DNA of 64,000 nucleotides from the NCBI GenBank assembly GCA_041746575.1, contig JBGTGT010000113.1, positions 1 to 64,000 on the forward strand, in the 5' to 3' direction. This DNA comes from Microcystaceae cyanobacterium (GTDB lineage Bacteria; Cyanobacteriota; Cyanobacteriia; Cyanobacteriales; Microcystaceae). Under the pieces are notes generated by a model. The model did not search any database, had not been told where the DNA came from, and saw only the letters and a program-made list of their open reading frames with translations. The stretch's first letter is position 1, and every line of letters begins with the position of its first letter. Of the stretch, positions 18,036 through 29,041 are shown piece by piece. A program made the position numbers and the translations under genes.

Positions 18036-20108
18036 ATGAAGCTTCTCTCTCTAAAACTCTGTAACTTTCGACAATTTTATGGGAAAACCCCAGAAATTAG
18101 TCTCGCCGCAGAAAAACAAAATACCACGATCATTTATGGTAATAATGGCGCTGGAAAAACCACTCTTTTAAATGGATTTACATGGGTTCTTTATGAACAA
18201 TTTACGAACGCTTTTACCTCCCCCCATTTATTAGTGAATAAACGAGCCATCACCGAAGCAGATTGTGGCGCATCTGTAGAATGTTGGGTGGAAATTCATT
18301 TTGAACATGATCATAAACGTTATCAAGCAAAACGGCTTTGTTATGCCTGTCGAGACCAACAAGGTAAAATTCAGTATAGTCAGTCCCAATTTTTTATGTT
18401 AGTCGGTGACGAAATGGGAAAATGGTATCCTCCCCTCGAACAACCAGCAGAAATTATTAATCAAATTTTACCTGAAAGCCTGTATCAATATTTTTTCTTC
18501 GATGGTGAACATATTGATCATATTTTTCGTAGAAGCGACCGCAGAAGTATTGCCGAAGATACCAAAGAATTATTAGGAGTTAAAGTATTAGATCGCTCAA
18601 TTGAACATCTTCGGAAAGTAAAGCGAATATTTACAGAAGAATTGGGACAAATAGGAGATATTAATATCAAAAATCTTTTGCAAAAACAAGTTGAATTAGA
18701 ACAAAAAAAAGAGCAATTGATCCAAAGAAAACAAGTTTTAGATCAGCAATTAAAACAACAAGAAGAAGCAAAAAAGCGTCTAAATCAACAACTTTTAGAA
18801 TCAAGAGGTTCAGTCGAGCTTAAAAAACTCAAGACTAAACTGGATAAACAAGAAAAAGTACTTCGTCAAAACTTGGCAAATGCAAAACAATGGGTCAAGC
18901 AACTAATTTCTAGTCAAGGTTATACTGTTCTCTCTTCAAGTATCATCGACAAGTTAGATTATTTCATGAGAGAATTGCGACAAAGAGGAGAATTATCTAG
19001 TGGAATTAAAAAGCCTTTTGTTCAGCAATTATTAGACCGTCAACGTTGTATTTGTGGTCAAGAATTAAAGGAAGGCAATCATTCCTTTAACGAAGTAAAA
19101 TGCTGGATGAATAAAGCAGACTTGGCCGATGTTGAAGAAGCGGCTATTCGCTTAGAAACCCAAACGATTAATATTAAACATCAAGCGTCAGAATTTTGGT
19201 CAGAAATTGATCAACAACAAGCAAAAATACAACAATATCGCCTTGAATTATCCCAAGTTGAAAAAGAGTTAGATCAGTTGAGTCAGCAATTTAGAACTTA
19301 TCCTGATGAAGATATTCAAATATTGCAAAAAAGAATTGATAACTTGGAACAAAATATTCGAGAATGCGTCTTAGATCAAGGAGTAACCCAACAGCGAATA
19401 GACAGTCTAGAAACCAAAATTAATCAACTGAGTAAACAGATCGCTAAACAAAAACTGAAAGAAGATAAACAAATCTTAATTCAACGACGCATTAAAGCAA
19501 CCCAAGAAGCAATTGAATGCCTTCAAGAGGTTAGAAGTCGCTTAGAAAAACAATTTCGTTTATCGTTAGAAAAGCGTCTTCAAGAAATTTTTAGTATGAT
19601 ATCTTTTACGCCTTATATCCCGCGCCTCAACTCTGAATATGAATTAACCCTCGTCGAAAATACCTCCGGCATAGCCATCCCTGTTGCTGCTTCAACGGGA
19701 GAAAATCAGATTCTAAGTCTATCTTTCATTGGGGCGATTATGGATAGGGTTCGCTTATGGAGTCAGCAAAATACCTTAGTAGGAATTGATAGCAGTACCT
19801 TCCCCATTGTGATGGATTCTCCTTTCGGAAGTTTAGATGAAATTTATCGAAGACAGGTTGCCAAAGCCATTCCCACTTTAGCAAATCAATTAGTGATTTT
19901 AGTAACAAAAACCCAGTGGCGTGGCGAGGTTGAAACTGAAACTAAACCCTACGTCGGCAAAGAATATGTTTTAGTGTATTATTCTCCTAAAGCAAATTGT
20001 GAAGAAGATAAAATCACTCTTGATGGTGTTGTTTATTCTCTGGTTAAACAGAGTTCCAACCCATTTGAATATACCGAAATTCAAGAAGTAAATCGTTGTA
20101 GAACTTAA
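18036..20108 (+). CDS. SMC/Rad50-like ATPase (DndD/SbcC-like) with coiled coil and CxC hook
   Basis: Walker A GNNGAGKTT, YFFFDGE, central CICG, signature ASTGE, Walker B IVMDSPFGSLD. Confidence 0.85.
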   Translation: MKLLSLKLCNFRQFYGKTPEISLAAEKQNTTIIYGNNGAGKTTLLNGFTWVLYEQFTNAFTSPHLLVNKRAITEADCGASVECWVEIHFEHDHKRYQAKRLCYACRDQQGKIQYSQSQFFMLVGDEMGKWYPPLEQPAEIINQILPESLYQYFFFDGEHIDHIFRRSDRRSIAEDTKELLGVKVLDRSIEHLRKVKRIFTEELGQIGDINIKNLLQKQVELEQKKEQLIQRKQVLDQQLKQQEEAKKRLNQQLLESRGSVELKKLKTKLDKQEKVLRQNLANAKQWVKQLISSQGYTVLSSSIIDKLDYFMRELRQRGELSSGIKKPFVQQLLDRQRCICGQELKEGNHSFNEVKCWMNKADLADVEEAAIRLETQTINIKHQASEFWSEIDQQQAKIQQYRLELSQVEKELDQLSQQFRTYPDEDIQILQKRIDNLEQNIRECVLDQGVTQQRIDSLETKINQLSKQIAKQKLKEDKQILIQRRIKATQEAIECLQEVRSRLEKQFRLSLEKRLQEIFSMISFTPYIPRLNSEYELTLVENTSGIAIPVAASTGENQILSLSFIGAIMDRVRLWSQQNTLVGIDSSTFPIVMDSPFGSLDEIYRRQVAKAIPTLANQLVILVTKTQWRGEVETETKPYVGKEYVLVYYSPKANCEEDKITLDGVVYSLVKQSSNPFEYTEIQEVNRCRT

Positions 20109-20128
20109 TTAAAAAAGGACAGTTTCAT

Positions 20129-20653
20129 TTAGCGAATTTCTGCAGAAAAATTTTCAAAAATAGCCTCTGTCAGTGCTTTTTGAGCTATTAAAGCTTGTTG
20201 ATCTTCTCTTTGCAACTGATTGAGGGTTTCTAAAAAGTCTTTAATGCCTTGAAATTTACCGTAAACTGAAGCGAAGCGAATATAAGCAACTTCGTTTTCA
20301 TGACGCAAATATTGTAAAACAATTTTGCCAATTTCATGGGTAGGAATTTCCCGTTGTCCTCGTTGTTGTAATTGAGCTTCAATAGTATCTACAATTGCCT
20401 CTAATCGCTTTAAAGAAACTCCTGTTTTTTCACAGGCACGAATCATTCCTCGCAAGACTTTTGATCGATCAAAAAACTCTTTTTTTCCATTTTGTTTAAT
20501 GACGGTAATCGGAACTGATTCAATCCTTTCGTAGGTCGTAAAACGATTTTTGCATTGTAAACATTCTCGACGACGACGAATGCTTTGACCATTTTCCGCC
20601 GAACGGGATTCTAAGACGCGACTATTGGTATGCTGACAAAAAGGACACTGCAT
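20129..20653 (-). CDS. nrdR: Transcriptional repressor NrdR
   Basis: MQCPFC...RRRREC..C..RFTTYE, ATP cone, [10 protein letters not shown]. Confidence 0.96.
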   Translation of the reverse strand: MQCPFCQHTNSRVLESRSAENGQSIRRRRECLQCKNRFTTYERIESVPITVIKQNGKKEFFDRSKVLRGMIRACEKTGVSLKRLEAIVDTIEAQLQQRGQREIPTHEIGKIVLQYLRHENEVAYIRFASVYGKFQGIKDFLETLNQLQREDQQALIAQKALTEAIFENFSAEIR

Positions 20654-20794
20654 AAGTCATCAAACGATTTGAAGAACAAGTAAATGCGGAAACCCGAGCC
20701 GTTATCTGATTTATCCTAAAAAAGAATAAATAATAGAAAATCGGCTCAGAATGATGTAATATTTACGGAATTGATTGAATTTAAAAGAAAATGA

Positions 20795-20890
20795 TTATTT
20801 TTCGATGCGGGGAGGTTCCCGAAAAGCGATCGCAAAAAAGAGAACCGCTAAGGACATCGTTAAAACTAGAATGTAGGCTGCACTTTCCAT
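20795..20890 (-). CDS. psbT: Photosystem II reaction centre protein T
   Basis: Manual translation MESAAYILVLTMSLAVLFFAIAFREPPRIEK. Confidence 0.95.
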   Translation of the reverse strand: MESAAYILVLTMSLAVLFFAIAFREPPRIEK

Positions 20891-21010
20891 GTTAAAACTT
20901 CCTAAAATTATGACCTTGACACTTTTATAGTTTAACAACAAATTGACGGTTTCCCTCGTTAAACTTTAAGCTAAAATCAGGAATCTTGCTGTGTTCGTAG
21001 GTCAACCTTG

Positions 21011-21229
21011 ATGAATTCAACAGATCAAATTACGATTCAAGTCAACGGAAGAGAAACAAACTGTCAAAAGAATCTAACCTTACCGCAGTTTTTGCAAGTA
21101 AATAATCTAAATCCCCGTTTAATCGCTGTAGAATACAATGGGGAGATTTTGCATCGTCAATTTTGGGAAAAGACGCCATTGCAAAATGGCGATCGCTTAG
21201 AGATTGTCACGATCGTAGGGGGAGGATAA
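21011..21229 (+). CDS. thiS: Sulfur carrier protein ThiS
   Basis: IAVEYNGEIL and C-terminal LEIVTIVGGG. Confidence 0.92.
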   Translation: MNSTDQITIQVNGRETNCQKNLTLPQFLQVNNLNPRLIAVEYNGEILHRQFWEKTPLQNGDRLEIVTIVGGG

Positions 21230-21230
21230 T

Positions 21231-22154
21231 TCAGTGATCATCGGGGAGCGTCAATGTTCCTTGACTCACCAAAACCGTCGCACCACCGACTCGAATTAGC
21301 GTTATTTCCCCTGCTTTTTTGTCAACTTCCAATCTCAAAAGACTAGGTCTTCCCATTTCAAAACCTTGTTCAATAACCCATGTTGAGGTTCCCGTTTGTA
21401 ACGGATCTCTAACCCCTAAATATCCGCCTAACGCCGTAACTGCCGCTCCTGTCGCTGGATCTTCTTCAATTCCCATAATCGGGGCAAACATCCGCGCTCT
21501 AATATTCGATTCAGGTAATTCTGGGTCTTCTGTCAACAAATAAATTGAATTTGCCCAGTTTTGACGAAGTAAACTCTCCCAAAGAGAGACATTTAACCTT
21601 GCTTTCTGTAACGCTTCCCGATTCTTTAAAGGAATAAAAAGAAAAGGCACACCGCAGGATACCGCCTGAGGGGACATTTCCCCTGTTAAAACGTCCGTAG
21701 GGGCTAAGTATAGCATAGCGGCTAATTCTTCAATCGAAGGAAGACTGCTATGGAATTCTGGCAATTGTGCCGCCGTCAACTCAGTATATACGGGTTTTTG
21801 GTTCATGGTGCGAATTTTCACAGGGACAAGTCCAATTTTTTCCTCGAAAATTATGTCAAATTCTGTCTTTTCAATGGGTATTATGCCAAAAGCTGCTAAA
21901 ATATAAGCAGCTCCTACCGTGGGATGGCCAGCAAAAGGTAATTCGGTTTTTGGGGTAAAAATGCGGAGTTTTTTTGTTCCTTGAGGGGTTTGAGGAGGGA
22001 AAACAAAGACTGTTTCCGAGAGGTTAAATTCTGCCGCAATTTTTTGCATGGTTTCAAAGGATAACCCTTCTGCTTGGGGAAAAACAGCAAGGGGATTGCC
22101 ACCAAAGATTTGATGGGTGAAAACATCGGCAGTATAAAAAGAATAATTTGTCAT
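21231..22154 (-). CDS. PhzF-family isomerase
   Basis: DVFT...[23 protein letters not shown] and EDPATG motifs. Confidence 0.92.
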   Translation of the reverse strand: MTNYSFYTADVFTHQIFGGNPLAVFPQAEGLSFETMQKIAAEFNLSETVFVFPPQTPQGTKKLRIFTPKTELPFAGHPTVGAAYILAAFGIIPIEKTEFDIIFEEKIGLVPVKIRTMNQKPVYTELTAAQLPEFHSSLPSIEELAAMLYLAPTDVLTGEMSPQAVSCGVPFLFIPLKNREALQKARLNVSLWESLLRQNWANSIYLLTEDPELPESNIRARMFAPIMGIEEDPATGAAVTALGGYLGVRDPLQTGTSTWVIEQGFEMGRPSLLRLEVDKKAGEITLIRVGGATVLVSQGTLTLPDDH

Positions 22155-22477
22155 CAGGATATTGCCTAAATTAACGATATTGATCGCCCTAAAATTAATA
22201 TTTTAACGGTTAAATCTGTCTTAGGAAATCTTTTTATCTTTGAAAAAAGACAGGAGGCAAAAGACAAGCGTTTTTTATCTTTAAGCTATCTATCTTTCAG
22301 AAGAATAGGGAAGTCGCCTTGAGTAACACTTTATGGAAGACACAGTGTTGATCGAAATCACTCAACTTGAGGTGGAAATATCACTGCTGAGAGGTGAATA
22401 ATTTCTTATCTTAGAGGGAATATTCTAGACACCAATTTCCTTATCTCGACAACGTTTCTGTTGGAGGAGTAATCTTC

Positions 22478-22864
22478 ATGGAAAATCCATTCGATTCCTA
22501 TAAATATCGAGATAAATTTTTACAGTGTAATTATTCTTTAATTGCATGGTTTGCCCTGCAAAATTTAGAAGGAAAAAGAGGGGTTGTGATAATTGATGTC
22601 AGCGATCGCACTCATCCTCGCTTTATTTTTAAACACTCAATTGACGAGTTTGCCAATCTGCCGCCGTTGCTGAAACAAACTTGGAAAAATACTGATATTA
22701 ATAAAAAATTATTAGTCGGTTTTCAAATTCATTCAACGGCTGATCCCTCTTATTATCATGCCATTGGCTCATCTACTTTTCCTGTTACTGTTGCCGCTTG
22801 TTTTGCTCAATGTGTATTTGAGCAAGAAATGTACAGCAATGAGGAAAATTCAGAAGCGGCTTGA
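22478..22864 (+). CDS. Hypothetical protein
   Basis: 128 aa ORF with strong SD GGAGGAG upstream; no recognised motif. Confidence 0.6.
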   Translation: MENPFDSYKYRDKFLQCNYSLIAWFALQNLEGKRGVVIIDVSDRTHPRFIFKHSIDEFANLPPLLKQTWKNTDINKKLLVGFQIHSTADPSYYHAIGSSTFPVTVAACFAQCVFEQEMYSNEENSEAA

Positions 22865-22913
22865 TATTGATCATTAATCAAAGACAAAGCTTTCTTTCGG
22901 TATAGGCAGTCAA

Positions 22914-23192
22914 TTAACTCCAGTCTTCTTGATCCCCTTGTCCACTTCGATAAACTTTGCCCGTAGCGTGAATTTTTTGGGTTTGTGTAAATAATTCTGC
23001 TTCATTGAGTTGCCATTTTTGCAAAACAAAATCGAGATCCCGTTGAATATCTCTTGCTCCCGGAAAATTGCGATAGCGAATCCGCAGACGGGCTAATTCT
23101 ACTAAGTGATAATCGTCGGGTTGTGCTGTTAATAAACGATTAACGACGTCTCGATCAGGTTTTTCTTGGGGATGTTTTTGCTCTTGAGGCAT
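22914..23192 (-). CDS. DUF3288-type conserved cyanobacterial protein
   Basis: ELARLRIRY.NFPGARDIQ.DL and C-terminal EDWS. Confidence 0.8.
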   Translation of the reverse strand: MPQEQKHPQEKPDRDVVNRLLTAQPDDYHLVELARLRIRYRNFPGARDIQRDLDFVLQKWQLNEAELFTQTQKIHATGKVYRSGQGDQEDWS

Positions 23193-23233
23193 AGCTTCTC
23201 TAATTATTTAATTTGAAACGTCAATTGCTTTAA

Positions 23234-24047
23234 TTACCAATTATACACTGTTCCTAATAAAGTAAAAAGTTGCTGATTATAAGGCTCATAAAAAGACTTT
23301 AATAATTGCTTAACGCTTTCAGGAATTTTCTCTTTTTCGTTACTTTTACGAGTAACCACAGGAGTAAAAATGAATGTCTCATCAATATTTAAGAATATAC
23401 ACATATTTTTAAACACCGATGTTTGATTATTAAGAAGTTGGTCGTGAGAAATAATAAATAAGGATGAGCGGGAAAAGTATTGAAAGTATCGGGCTAATTG
23501 TTCTACATAAATTCCTCGCTTAACATAAGCTATTGGGTCTTTTTGCCAATGACTTTTTTGAAGATGTTTAATTTCTTGTTTAACTGCCTGTTCAAAATTT
23601 CTTTTGTCTCCTCGATTTTTTTGTTTAGGTCTTTTGATTGACTAAAATGATGGTACATTTGCCAAGCAGAAAAAGAGCGGGCAACCGGTTCTCTTAGAAC
23701 AACAATCAATCGCATATCGGAAGAATAGTCATAAATCTTGGGGGGCATTCAGGATAATATAAATAACTGGGACTAGCTTCAAAAGTGATTTTATTAGGCT
23801 TTAAGTGGTGAGGCAAAGGAAAGCAAGTGTGATACTGCCAGTGTGGCTTTTTATAACGCAAACAAACATCATCAAAGTAGTGAAGTTCTTTCCTTTTAGG
23901 AGAGACAATTTGAGGATGTTGACACAGGATTCTATAGAGAGCAGTTGTTCCTGCTTTTTGCGCACCAATAATCATAAATACTGGCTTTGAATGATAGCCG
24001 AGACGAACGAGCCGATGCTTAGGAACTAGATCCAATAGATGATCCAT
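23234..24047 (-). pseudogene. PAPS-dependent sulfotransferase, split by two frameshifts
   Basis: Three frames carry IIGAQKAGTT/KELHYFD/FEASPSY, then LREPVARSFSAW, then YVKRGIYVEQL..YF...FYEPYNQQL. Confidence 0.85.
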
Positions 24048-24163
24048 TTAATTTATTCCCAATAATACTTTTAAAAGGGATAATTCTTTGCTTCCTGTAT
24101 AAAGGAAATGGCTGAATTAGTTATATCGTCAGATAGAGAGTGAATGAGCCTACAAAAAAATGC

Positions 24164-25342
24164 CTATTTTTTTTCTTCAATAATGATATCATCAGACGGT
24201 ATTACGGGATTTTCATCAATTGGTGTTTTTTCGGGTTCTGTCTCTGGTTTAAGGGTCGGAGCAATAGGTCTTAAAGCGGTCATTTCAATTTCCCAAAGGT
24301 TAATCATGCCTGCAAAATCACCACTCGCTAAATAGCGACCATCAGAACTAAAGGCAAGGGCTTGCACCCAATCTTTAGGGTAGGTAAAGTATTTAAAAAG
24401 CCGTTTTTCCGGTAAATTCCAGATGCGAATTCCATCGTCACTGGAACTAGCCAATAAGCGACCATCTGGACTGAGGGCGATCGCTCTGATCGTATTAGTG
24501 TGTCCTTCAAAAGTATATATTAAGTCCCCCGATGCAATATCCCACACTTTAATCGTCCGATCTTGACTGGCTGAAATGAGTTGTTTGCCATCTGGAGTGA
24601 TGACTAAGCCGGTAATCGTCTCTTGATGAGGAAAAAACTGAGAAATCAACTGAGCTTCTCGAATATTCCAAAAACGTACCCTTCCTCTTTCGTTGCCACT
24701 GGCTAAGATATACCCGTTGGGATGTAAAGCCATCGCATAGGCGGTATCTCCAAAATCCGTCAGTTGATACAGGAAACGAGAGGGGGTGACAGTCCACACA
24801 CGAATCCCATCAAGGCCACCACTCACCGCAATACGGCTATCGGGAGTCACCACAAGGGCTAAAATATCACTGGTGTGATCGAGAAAAACGGCTTTGTTTC
24901 GGCGAGTTTTTAGATCCCAAAAGTGTATATCTTCATCTTCTCCACTGGTGACCACTGTTTCTCCATTAGGAACGACAGCTAAAGCCGAAATTGCTGAACT
25001 TTGCGCCCTGACTGCTCCGATTTCTCGGCCGTCCGTCACTGACCAAAATCGCATAATCGGTTCGTTCGTACTGCCCCCACTGACCAAAATTCTGCCTTGA
25101 GGCGCAAAACCGAGGGATTGAACAGGAGTTTTATAAGCTTTTATAGTATGAATGAGTCGGAATGTTGTAAATTCTGAACCCAGAGATTGACTGTCTTCTA
25201 TTATTGGTGTTTCGTCTATAATATCTGTCGTTTGCGCTCCGATTGAGGAGGAATAAGCCCACGTGACTAAGCTTGCGGCGATCGCCATTACGTCTCTAAA
25301 CCGTCGCCATCGGCGTTGTTTGCTCAATTGTGGTCGCTCCAT
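24164..25342 (-). CDS. WD40 repeat protein with signal peptide
   Basis: About 7 WD repeats (SASQDRTIKVWD, GHTNTIRAIALSPDG). Confidence 0.9.
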   Translation of the reverse strand: MERPQLSKQRRWRRFRDVMAIAASLVTWAYSSSIGAQTTDIIDETPIIEDSQSLGSEFTTFRLIHTIKAYKTPVQSLGFAPQGRILVSGGSTNEPIMRFWSVTDGREIGAVRAQSSAISALAVVPNGETVVTSGEDEDIHFWDLKTRRNKAVFLDHTSDILALVVTPDSRIAVSGGLDGIRVWTVTPSRFLYQLTDFGDTAYAMALHPNGYILASGNERGRVRFWNIREAQLISQFFPHQETITGLVITPDGKQLISASQDRTIKVWDIASGDLIYTFEGHTNTIRAIALSPDGRLLASSSDDGIRIWNLPEKRLFKYFTYPKDWVQALAFSSDGRYLASGDFAGMINLWEIEMTALRPIAPTLKPETEPEKTPIDENPVIPSDDIIIEEKK

Positions 25343-25442
25343 GCTTCACTCCCAAGACCCTTAAATAAATTGATTTTATCGCAAGAACGGTAGAATAGTA
25401 TGGAAAAACAAATAGGTCTCTCGAACCTTAACCTGAATCTGG

Positions 25443-26957
25443 ATGGACAATAATAACTATTTAGAGCGAATTTTAACAGCAAAAGTTTACGATGTTGCTC
25501 AAGAAAGTCCCCTTGAATTTGCCCCCATTCTATCGACTCGTCTTCAGAATCTCTTGTATTTAAAACGGGAAGATTTACAGTCCGTTTTCTCCTTTAAACT
25601 GCGGGGGGCTTACAATAAAATGTCGCAAATTTCAGCAGATTTGTTGCAAAAAGGAGTGATTGCCGCTTCTGCAGGAAACCATGCTCAAGGGGTTGCTCTA
25701 GCGGCGCGTAAGTTAGGCACAAGAGCAATTATTGTTATGCCTGTTACAACACCTCAGCTTAAGGTGAACGCAGTACGGGCCAGAGGGGGCTTAGTAGTGC
25801 TACACGGAGATAGCTTCGATGAAGCCTATTTTTATGCGCGTGAATTAGAAATTTCCAAGGGATTGACCTTTATTCATCCGTTTGATGATCCTGATGTAAT
25901 TGCAGGACAGGGAACGATCGGCATGGAGATTTTGCGACAACATCAAAAGCCAATTCACGCCATCTTTGTTGCGATTGGGGGAGGGGGATTGATTAGCGGA
26001 ATTGCCGCTTATGTTAAACGATTGCGACCTGAAATTAAAATTATTGGTGTTGAGCCTGTTGATGCGGATGCCATGTATCGCTCCCTCAAGGCGGGAAAAA
26101 GAGAACGTTTATGCCAAGTTGGGTTATTTGCTGATGGGGTGGCGGTGAAGGAGGTGGGAGAAGAAACCTTTCGTCTTTGTCAGCAATATGTAGATGAAGT
26201 GATTTTAGTGGATACTGATGACACTTGTGCGGCGATTAAAGATGTTTTTGAAGATACTCGTTCAATTGTAGAGCCAGCTGGGGCATTAGCGATCGCTGGG
26301 GCTAAAGCGTATGTCGAACGAGAAAAAATCACCGATGAAACCTTAATTGCTGTGGCCTGCGGTGCTAATATGAACTTTGACCGACTGCGCTTCGTTGCGG
26401 AAAGGGCAGAATTCGGCGAAGGCAGAGAAGCGATCTTTGCCGTAACCATTCCCGAAAAACCGGGCAGTTTACACCAATTTTGTCAATGTATTGGTAAGCG
26501 AAATTTAACAGAATTTAACTATCGCATTGCTGATGAGAAAGAAGCTCATATCTTTGTGGGGGTACAAATTGAAAATAAAGCACAAGCCGCAGAAATGGTC
26601 GAAAAATTTACACGAAATGGCTTAAAAACGCTGGATTTAACCGATGATGAATTAACCAAGTTGCACCTTCGCCATATGGTGGGAGGTCGCTCTATCCTTG
26701 CGGAAAATGAATTACTGTATCGCTTTGAATTTCCTGAATATCCGGGGGCTTTGATGAAATTTGTCGCTTCTATGAGTCCTAACTGGAATATTAGCCTATT
26801 TCATTACCGCAATAACGGTGCAGATTATGGACGAATTGTGGTAGGCGTACAAGTTCCCCCCAACGAAACCAGCGAATGGCAAGCGTTTTTAGAGACATTG
26901 GGCTACCGTTATTGGAACGAAAGCGATAATCCTGCTTACCGTCTGTTTTTAGCTTAA
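25443..26957 (+). CDS. ilvA: Threonine ammonia-lyase, biosynthetic
   Basis: KREDLQ.VFSFKLRGAYN, SAGNHAQGVA, two ACT-like domains. Confidence 0.96.
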   Translation: MDNNNYLERILTAKVYDVAQESPLEFAPILSTRLQNLLYLKREDLQSVFSFKLRGAYNKMSQISADLLQKGVIAASAGNHAQGVALAARKLGTRAIIVMPVTTPQLKVNAVRARGGLVVLHGDSFDEAYFYARELEISKGLTFIHPFDDPDVIAGQGTIGMEILRQHQKPIHAIFVAIGGGGLISGIAAYVKRLRPEIKIIGVEPVDADAMYRSLKAGKRERLCQVGLFADGVAVKEVGEETFRLCQQYVDEVILVDTDDTCAAIKDVFEDTRSIVEPAGALAIAGAKAYVEREKITDETLIAVACGANMNFDRLRFVAERAEFGEGREAIFAVTIPEKPGSLHQFCQCIGKRNLTEFNYRIADEKEAHIFVGVQIENKAQAAEMVEKFTRNGLKTLDLTDDELTKLHLRHMVGGRSILAENELLYRFEFPEYPGALMKFVASMSPNWNISLFHYRNNGADYGRIVVGVQVPPNETSEWQAFLETLGYRYWNESDNPAYRLFLA

Positions 26958-27102
26958 TTCTTGTAGTTGTAATTAATATTACAGTAAATTGCAAGTCAGG
27001 CACCGGCACACTTCACTTCTTTTTTAGACGCTTCGCGAAAATCGGTGACATAGACTTAAGAATCTATTAGGATAGAAGGGATAAAAGCTTGCAGGAAGAC
27101 TT

Positions 27103-27534
27103 ATGGAGATGACCTCAGAACAACAAGTTAAACACTACCTTGCCTGTTGGTTTCTCTTAGGCAAAAAAGTGTTATTACCCAGAGAACAAGATGCTATTTG
27201 CCCTCGTTGGGTTTTTAAAGGGGAAAAATATTCCCCCGAATTTGAGCAATGTTGGCAAAGACTTATTGAAGGCAATAATCAGGATTCCTATTTAGAAGGA
27301 ACAGAACAAACGATTCGAGACCTTTTATCGACAAAATGGGAAATTGTTGATTGTGCCAAATGCCAAATGCCCGTCCCTATTGTTTCACTAGGATCACAAT
27401 CCAATGGTTGTCCTTGTTGCGACTTAGAATTTTGGCCGAATACCGAACTCCCTCAACCGAAACGTCCTGTTAATGATCAAGCGCAAATCAATCGCATTCG
27501 GGAAAAACTAAGTCAATGGGGTGAGCAAGAATAA
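27103..27534 (+). CDS. Conserved cyanobacterial hypothetical protein, Cys-rich C-terminus
   Basis: YLACWFLLGK, YLEGTEQTI, CAKC...CPCCDL..WPN motifs. Confidence 0.7.
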   Translation: MEMTSEQQVKHYLACWFLLGKKVLLPREQDAICPRWVFKGEKYSPEFEQCWQRLIEGNNQDSYLEGTEQTIRDLLSTKWEIVDCAKCQMPVPIVSLGSQSNGCPCCDLEFWPNTELPQPKRPVNDQAQINRIREKLSQWGEQE

Positions 27535-27593
27535 TCGGTTTTAAATTTTTATTAATCTTTTTCAACTTCAACTGCCCGAAGTGAGTCGTCGAT

Positions 27594-28961
27594 TTAGGTT
27601 GCTTCTGACTTTAAGTGGCTGACTTTTGCGGTAATTGTCCCCATAATATCGTGTCGAATCCACCAATAAGATCCTAAACCCACGGCTAGATTCGCCACTA
27701 AAGTCGCCCCGAAAATTCCTTGAATTCCCCAGATCCAACTGCCTAGATAAGCTAGGGGAACATATAATAAGACCATTCGCGTAAAATTAATGATCATTGA
27801 GGGAAAAGGCTTTCCTAAGGCATTAAAAGTGGCGGCCGATACAAAAATAATACCCGATGCGCTATAACTAACAGGAACGATTCTGAGATACTGAGAAGCG
27901 ATCGCAATGACATCGGCATTCTGATTAAACAAAACTACTACAGAAGGGGCAATCAGGGCTAAAATGAGAGCCACGCTGAGTCCCCACGCCAAAGACCAGC
28001 GAAAACTGATATTAATAGATTGACGGACTCTCTGATACAGTTTAGCTCCCCAATTCTGTCCAACAAAGGGGCCAATACTGGCTGATAACCCCAGTAACCC
28101 TAATAGGGCAAAAGCTTCTAGACGCGAAGCGACACCAAATCCTGCCACCGCTTCTGCACCATAGCTGGCCATCAGTTGGGTGATAATTGCCGCCGAAAAA
28201 GGACTAATCATATTAGTGGCTGTTGCCGGTAAACCAATTGCCAGAATATTACGCCAACAGGCTAACAGGTTCGGCCACTGAGGACGTTCCCACAGCAGTA
28301 AATTTAAGCGAAAATGCAAAAACCAAATAGAAACAACTAAAGTAATCGCACGGGCAAGAACTGTGGCGATTGCCGCTCCTCTTAATCCCAATCCGTCAAA
28401 ATTGCCGATTCCAAAAATGAATAAGGGATCAAGTACCCCATTGGCAACTGCCGCCACCGTCATGGTTAAGCTCGGAATTAGAGTATTACCAGCCGCTCGA
28501 ATTGCACTATTCCCTACCATCGGCACCACGAGAAACATCATCCCCCAGTACCACGGGGTCATGTATTCGTGAATTAAGGGCAAAATCTGCTCATTTGCTC
28601 CTAATCGGCTAAAGAGGGGGTCAATGGTGCTTAGACCGACTAATGCAAAGATCACGACCACCAGAAGCGATAAACTTAAACTGTGGGTTGTTAACTGTTT
28701 GACTTGGTGGCGATCGCCTTCCCCAATGGCACGAGCAATCACAGAGGATGCCCCAATTCCTAATCCCATGGAGACACTGCCCAAAATCATAACAACGGGA
28801 AAGGTAAAACTAATAGCGGCTAATTCTTGCGTGCCTAACTGACCGACAAAGTAAGTATCGACTAAATTAAAACCAATGACCGCAAAAACGCCCCATACCA
28901 TCGGCAGGGTTAAGTGAAGTAATTGGGTATTGACCTTCCCTTGGGTGAGCGAACTTTTCAT
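27594..28961 (-). CDS. MATE family efflux transporter
   Basis: About 12 TM segments; VDTYFVGQLG, LDPLFIFG and GQNWGA motifs. Confidence 0.92.
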   Translation of the reverse strand: MKSSLTQGKVNTQLLHLTLPMVWGVFAVIGFNLVDTYFVGQLGTQELAAISFTFPVVMILGSVSMGLGIGASSVIARAIGEGDRHQVKQLTTHSLSLSLLVVVIFALVGLSTIDPLFSRLGANEQILPLIHEYMTPWYWGMMFLVVPMVGNSAIRAAGNTLIPSLTMTVAAVANGVLDPLFIFGIGNFDGLGLRGAAIATVLARAITLVVSIWFLHFRLNLLLWERPQWPNLLACWRNILAIGLPATATNMISPFSAAIITQLMASYGAEAVAGFGVASRLEAFALLGLLGLSASIGPFVGQNWGAKLYQRVRQSINISFRWSLAWGLSVALILALIAPSVVVLFNQNADVIAIASQYLRIVPVSYSASGIIFVSAATFNALGKPFPSMIINFTRMVLLYVPLAYLGSWIWGIQGIFGATLVANLAVGLGSYWWIRHDIMGTITAKVSHLKSEAT

Positions 28962-29041
28962 TAAGTTTTTTTACAAAGTATTGACATGCTCGCATTTTAA
29001 CCCAAGCAGTAATCGGTTACCACTCATCGGTGGACTGATCG

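Noticed and set aside
18036..20108. Complete Dnd phosphorothioation or Lamassu defence system
   Set aside because: No partner genes in the window; only the ATPase is present.
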